From NCBI GenBank assembly GCA_947479915.1, contig CANKAU010000007.1:16190-80189 (forward strand): 64,000 bases of DNA. The letters are read 5' to 3'. The notes below the pieces were generated by a model, which was given only the letters and a program-made list of their open reading frames with translations, did not search any database and was not told the origin of the DNA. Shown piece after piece: positions 59,961 through 64,000 of this stretch. How positions within the stretch are numbered: position 1 is the first letter of the stretch; each line of letters begins with the position of its first letter. A program made the position numbers and the translations under genes. Source of the DNA: Chloroflexota bacterium. Lineage in GTDB: Bacteria; Chloroflexota; Dehalococcoidia; UBA2979.

Positions 59961-60503
59961 CTAGAAGCCCAGGTCCTCGTGGCCGAGCAGCGTGCGCGCC
60001 AGCGACGCCTTGCCAAGGTGGCTGTTCCCGTGTGCGATCAGCACCTGCCCGATGTGCTCCGAGCGCGAGCACTCGCCCCACGGCTTCAGCAATACTGCCT
60101 CGGCGAGGTACTCGTCGGTCATCGCGGCAACGCGCGGGACGGAGGCGTCGCGCAGCGCGCGGACGTAGTCGAGGAACAGCGCGGGATCGGGGAAGCGCAG
60201 CGAGCGGGCGTCCTCGGTGCTCATGCCGGTGCCCTGCGCCACCTTGGGCAGCGCGAAGCGGTCGTTGTAGCCCTCGCGCAGCCACAGCGGCGTTTCGCGG
60301 TCGAAGACGAAGAACAGCACGTTGTCGATGGTCCGCGCGACGTGCCAGATGTCGAAGCCGATCGAGTTCGCCTGCGCATGCGGCAGGTGGTTCAACTCGT
60401 CGACGCTCAGATCCTCGATGCTGCGAATGCAGTTCTCGAAGACACGATCGAGAAGCAGCGCGTAGGTCGCTGCGTTCGCGGAAGTGGACGGCGCGTCGGT
60501 CAT
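59961..60503 (-). CDS. DinB-family protein
   Basis: DinB_2-like sequence (IWHVARTID...HIGQ). Confidence 0.75.
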   Translation of the reverse strand: MTDAPSTSANAATYALLLDRVFENCIRSIEDLSVDELNHLPHAQANSIGFDIWHVARTIDNVLFFVFDRETPLWLREGYNDRFALPKVAQGTGMSTEDARSLRFPDPALFLDYVRALRDASVPRVAAMTDEYLAEAVLLKPWGECSRSEHIGQVLIAHGNSHLGKASLARTLLGHEDLGF

Positions 60504-60542
60504 GGGGGGCTCCTCGATTGATGCGGGCTGGTGGGCGACCGG

Positions 60543-60947
60543 CTAGCCGCGGCGCGACGCGATGACGAAGAAGACGCCGGCGAGGATCAGCAGCGCGGGC
60601 AGCCCCATGCGGAGCAGACCGGACGCCATCCACCACAGCAGTTGCAGCCCCTCGAAGGCCATCGCGATGCCGATCACGACCAGGACGAGGCCGACGAGCA
60701 GCGTGGTGTTCGCGCTCGCGGTGCCGACCGGCACGCCGGCGTCCGGGTCAGGCGCCGGCATGATCGCCCATAGCACGGCGTAGGCCAGCAACCCGCCCGG
60801 CCCCATCGTGAACACCGCGAGCAGCACGAACCCCACGCGCACCAGCGTCGCGTCGATCCCGAAGTAGTCCGCGAGGCCGCCGCAGACGCCGCCGATCTTG
60901 CGGTCGTCGCTACGCGTGAGACGCCGCGGCTGCGGGCGCTCCTGCAT
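60543..60947 (-). CDS. pspC: PspC-domain membrane protein
   Basis: RLTRSDDRKIGGVCGGLADYFGIDATLVRVGFVL is the PspC signature. Trimmed to MQERPQ. Confidence 0.75.
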   Translation of the reverse strand: MQERPQPRRLTRSDDRKIGGVCGGLADYFGIDATLVRVGFVLLAVFTMGPGGLLAYAVLWAIMPAPDPDAGVPVGTASANTTLLVGLVLVVIGIAMAFEGLQLLWWMASGLLRMGLPALLILAGVFFVIASRRG

Positions 60948-61390
60948 CACGCACGATCCTTCAGCAACTGCTCGATCGTCTTCAGGTCGCCCTCGGAGAT
61001 CTTGTGCAGATTGCCGCGGAAGCACATGCCGAGCTTCTTCGGTCCGAAGTTACGCGTCTTGTCCAGGAGGTCAGTGATCTCGCGCACGTCGATCGCGTTG
61101 CCGGGCTTCGCGATCACCACCGGCTTCGTGGCGATGCGGTACGGGTAGTCCTCGCCCGGCTTGCCGTCCGAGCGCAGTCCGATGTCGCTCGTGTCCGCGA
61201 ACATCTCGCCCGTGACCTCGACGACGCCGCCGAAGAGCACGTCCTTCGTCAGGTAGTAGACGATGCGGTCGCCGGGACGCATCTCGGAGGACTGCTTCTC
61301 GCGCGACGCCTTGAACGGCGAGAGGTCGAACCCACGCTCACGCAGCACCTCGAAGTTGTCGACGGAACCGACGTTGATCCAGGCCTGCAT
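60947..61390 (-). CDS. EVE-domain (PUA-like) protein, standalone
   Basis: MQAWINVGSVDNFE...PGDRIVYY matches the EVE/Thy-N family. Its stop overlaps the pspC start. Confidence 0.7.
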   Translation of the reverse strand: MQAWINVGSVDNFEVLRERGFDLSPFKASREKQSSEMRPGDRIVYYLTKDVLFGGVVEVTGEMFADTSDIGLRSDGKPGEDYPYRIATKPVVIAKPGNAIDVREITDLLDKTRNFGPKKLGMCFRGNLHKISEGDLKTIEQLLKDRA

Positions 61391-61487
61391 CACGCGCTCC
61401 AAACTCCAGATACGCGACGGCCCCGCTGAGCGGGGCCGTCCGTGTTGTGTGCTCAGTCGAGGTGGCTCGGCCGCCTCGTGCGGGCCG

Positions 61488-61916
61488 CTAGTTGCAGGCC
61501 CGCGGCGTCCCACCGCCGTCGGCCGTCTGGAAGGACGAGCCGCAGGCGCACGAGGAGGTCGCGTTCGGGTTGTAGATCGTGAAGCCGGACTTCATCAGAT
61601 CCTCGACGTAGTCGATCTCGGCGCCGCTGATCATCGGGACGGAGTCGCGGTCGACCACGACCTTCACGCCGCCGGTCGCCTCGATCACCTGGTCCTCGGC
61701 CTCGACCTGCGTGGCGATCGCCATGCCGTACTGGTAGCCGGAGCAGCCGCCGCCGACGACGAACACGCGAAGCATGCCGTCCGGGGCGCCCTTCGAGGCG
61801 AGCAGCGACTGCGCCTTCACGGCGGCGCGCTCGGTGACGGTGACGGACGCCGTCAGGCTCGGGAGGGTGAACGCGGGCGTGCTTGAGATCGGCGCACCCA
61901 TGCCAGCAAGAGTCAT
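61488..61916 (-). CDS. A-type Fe-S carrier (HesB/IscA/ErpA family)
   Basis: VVGGGCSGYQYG...CACGSSF motifs. Confidence 0.85.
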   Translation of the reverse strand: MTLAGMGAPISSTPAFTLPSLTASVTVTERAAVKAQSLLASKGAPDGMLRVFVVGGGCSGYQYGMAIATQVEAEDQVIEATGGVKVVVDRDSVPMISGAEIDYVEDLMKSGFTIYNPNATSSCACGSSFQTADGGGTPRACN

Positions 61917-62076
61917 GTCGTCCTCGATCCGTTCGTGAATCTCATTCGTGGATCACGGGGCCTCGCGAGGTCGCGCGGCACCGGGTGATGCTGTCTTCAT
62001 GATACGCGCCGGGGGTATGCCCCACAACGCGTGACCGGATCGCGTCCCGCTCGGCTGTGCGCGACCGTGCGCGGAC

Positions 62077-62298
62077 TCAGGCGCCCCGTGTGCGCTGCCA
62101 CCACCGGCGCAGCGCTACCCCGGACCAGATCGCCTCGACGACCCCGAAGGGCCACGCGCCCTGCATGAACCCGTAAACCGAGGAGGCCACGCACGCCGCG
62201 GCGAACGCCAGCACGAACCACGGCGAGCGATCCTCCAGCGCGTAGAAGGCGAGCATCAGCGTGACGGCCGCCGCCCCGAAGAGCGTGAGCGCGTCCAT
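62077..62298 (-). CDS. Small 2-TM membrane protein (73 aa)
   Basis: MDALTLFGAAAVTLMLAFYALEDRSPWFVLAFAAACVASSVYGF... Lies downstream of the SufR-like gene on the same strand. Confidence 0.4.
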   Translation of the reverse strand: MDALTLFGAAAVTLMLAFYALEDRSPWFVLAFAAACVASSVYGFMQGAWPFGVVEAIWSGVALRRWWQRTRGA

Positions 62299-62317
62299 CA
62301 GCGGGGAGCGGCTCGAG

Positions 62318-62968
62318 TCATGGGGCGGTGACGAGGTAGCCCGAGTGGAAGTCGTGCGGGATCTCCGCAGCGGGGATCGGCTGCACGTCCACCTCGAGGA
62401 TCTGGGAGAGCATCCGGCGGTCATGGTCGCAGGTGCCGGGCTTCCCGCCGGTGAGCCGGGTGCAGGGACAGCCTCGTCCGAGCAGCCGCACCGCGCCGTC
62501 GTGAGTCACAACCTCGAAGTCGATGCCCTCCTCGGCGACCAGTCGGACCACGGAGCGCACGCGCGCCTCCAGCGTGTCGCCACTGACGCGCGGGGCGTAC
62601 TCGGTGGCAATGCGATCCGCCATCTTCTCGAAGACCAGCGCGGCAATATCGCCGCCGGAGCGCCCCGCCGTCTCGGCAGCGTCGAGGCCCACGATCTCGC
62701 CGAGCAGGCGCTGCGTCAGGCGGACGTAGTGGTGGGGAAAGAGGTCGGCGCCCGCTTCGGTCAGGGAGAAGAGGTGGCGCGGACGGCCGGTCTGGCCTCG
62801 CACCTGGGTGACGGAGACGTAGTTGTCGCGCTGGAGGACGTCCAGGTGCCGGCGCACGGTGGCCCCGGCGAGCCCGAGTTCGGCGGCGAGATCCTCGACG
62901 CCGACGCGCTCGCGCCGACGGAGGATGGCGAGGATCTCCTCGCGGGTGCCATCAACGTGGGCGGGCAT
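62318..62968 (-). CDS. Second SufR-like regulator (wHTH plus C-terminal GCPC...C motif), divergent from a cysteine desulfurase gene
   Basis: The N-terminus is homologous to the sufR gene at 40422 (TREEILAILRRRERVGVEDLAAELG...RPRHLFSLTEAG). C-terminus contains GRGCPCTRLTGGKPGTCDHD. Confidence 0.7.
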   Translation of the reverse strand: MPAHVDGTREEILAILRRRERVGVEDLAAELGLAGATVRRHLDVLQRDNYVSVTQVRGQTGRPRHLFSLTEAGADLFPHHYVRLTQRLLGEIVGLDAAETAGRSGGDIAALVFEKMADRIATEYAPRVSGDTLEARVRSVVRLVAEEGIDFEVVTHDGAVRLLGRGCPCTRLTGGKPGTCDHDRRMLSQILEVDVQPIPAAEIPHDFHSGYLVTAP

Positions 62969-63052
62969 GCCCCGATCCTAGCATCGTTTTTCTCCTTTTC
63001 GAGCGAAATACGTTCAAAACCGCGCATTCCCCGCCGGGGTATTCTTTGATCA

Positions 63053-64000
63053 TGACCGCCAACACCACCCCGCTGGGCTCCGGCCACGCCCGGATCTACC
63101 TCGATCACGCCGCGACCACGCCGCCTGACCCGGGCGTGGTGGACGTGATGATCCCGTTCCTCCGCGAGCAGTGGCACAACCCGTCGTCGATCTACGTGGA
63201 GGCGCAGCGCGCCCGCACGAGCATCGACGAGGCGCGGGCGACGATCGCCGCGCTCATCGGCGCACAGCCGGACGAGGTGCTGTTCACCAGCGGCGGCTCC
63301 GAGGGCGACAGCCTCGCACTGCGGGGCGTGCTGGCGGCGTCCCGGCGGCGCGGCAAGCACCTCATCGTTTCGTCCGTGGAGCACCACGCCGTCCTCGACA
63401 CCGCCGAGCAGCTTGAGCGCGACGGGATCGCCGAGGTGACGGTCGTCGGCGTGGGCGCGGACGGCCGCGTCGACCCCGCGACCGTGGAGGCCGCCGTCCG
63501 CGACGACACGGTGCTCGTCTCGATCATGCACGCGAACAACGAGGTCGGCGCGGTCAACGACATCGCGGAGATCGCGCGCCGCGTCCGGGCGAAGAATCCG
63601 CACGCGATGGTGCACACGGACGCGGTGCAGTCGGCCGCGCACCTCGGCGTACACGTCGACCGCCTCGGCGTCGACCTGATGACGATCACGGCCCACAAGC
63701 TCTACGGACCGCGCGGCGCGGGTGCGCTGTACGTGCGGTCGGGCACGCCGCTGCAGGGCCAGATCGTCGGCGGCGGACAGGAGCGCGGCATCCGCGCCGG
63801 CACCGAGGACACCGCGGCGATCGCTGGCTTCGCGCACGCGATGACGCTCGCCTCGGAGCGCCGCGAGGCCGACCTTGGCCACGAGCGCGCGCTGCAGGAG
63901 CGGCTGCTGGCGGAACTCCCGGCGCGCATCCCGATGCTCGCGATCACCGGCCCGCGCGACCTCGCGCACCGCCTGCCCGGCAACGTCTCGTGCACCGTCG
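63053..64000 (+). CDS. Cysteine desulfurase (IscS/NifS class V aminotransferase), 5' part; continues beyond the window
   Basis: SGGSEGDS...HHAVLDT...ITAHKLYGPRGAGALY. The active-site lysine region is present. Confidence 0.9.

Overview
This window is high-GC (~70%) bacterial chromosome of Actinobacteria / Chloroflexi-Thermomicrobia type, dense with core metabolism genes. Many long Arg-rich ORFs in the six-frame track are alternative-frame artefacts of the GC content. I called genes only where the translated protein is recognisable; start coordinates may be off by 1-3 nt. Main content: a partial RNase D gene; a DsbA/FrnE-like thiol oxidoreductase whose CPWC active site reads U-P-W-C through an in-frame TGA; a complete menaquinone operon on the minus strand (menF-D-H-B-A-C-E) ending in an unusual PHP-hotdog fusion gene plus a MaoC dehydratase gene; tandem paralogous lipoprotein genes with a duplicated 5' region; acyl/acetyl-CoA synthetase and citrate synthase genes; a single-gene low-GC insertion encoding a protein with a C-terminal HEPN-like Rx4H motif; a COG1067 Lon-like protease; glycolate oxidase genes glcDEF; a complete suf Fe-S assembly operon (sufR-C-B-D-Rieske-S-U-T) with a palindromic operator candidate; PhaJ/FabG, AlkA, a formyltransferase, alanine dehydrogenase and an MFS transporter; a cluster of three hotdog-fold genes; HxlR, a peroxiredoxin and a GltD-like oxidoreductase; Fur; an ECF sigma/anti-sigma pair; a YyaL thioredoxin-domain protein; GNAT, DinB, PspC and EVE genes; ErpA; and a second SufR-like regulator divergent from a cysteine desulfurase gene. 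No rRNA, tRNA, CRISPR array or transposase was seen. The most unusual items are the TGA-containing DsbA-like gene (candidate selenoprotein), the low-GC HEPN-like gene, a 27-aa Lys/Ala/Pro-repeat micro-ORF with its own SD and intrinsic terminator, and the PHP-hotdog fusion.
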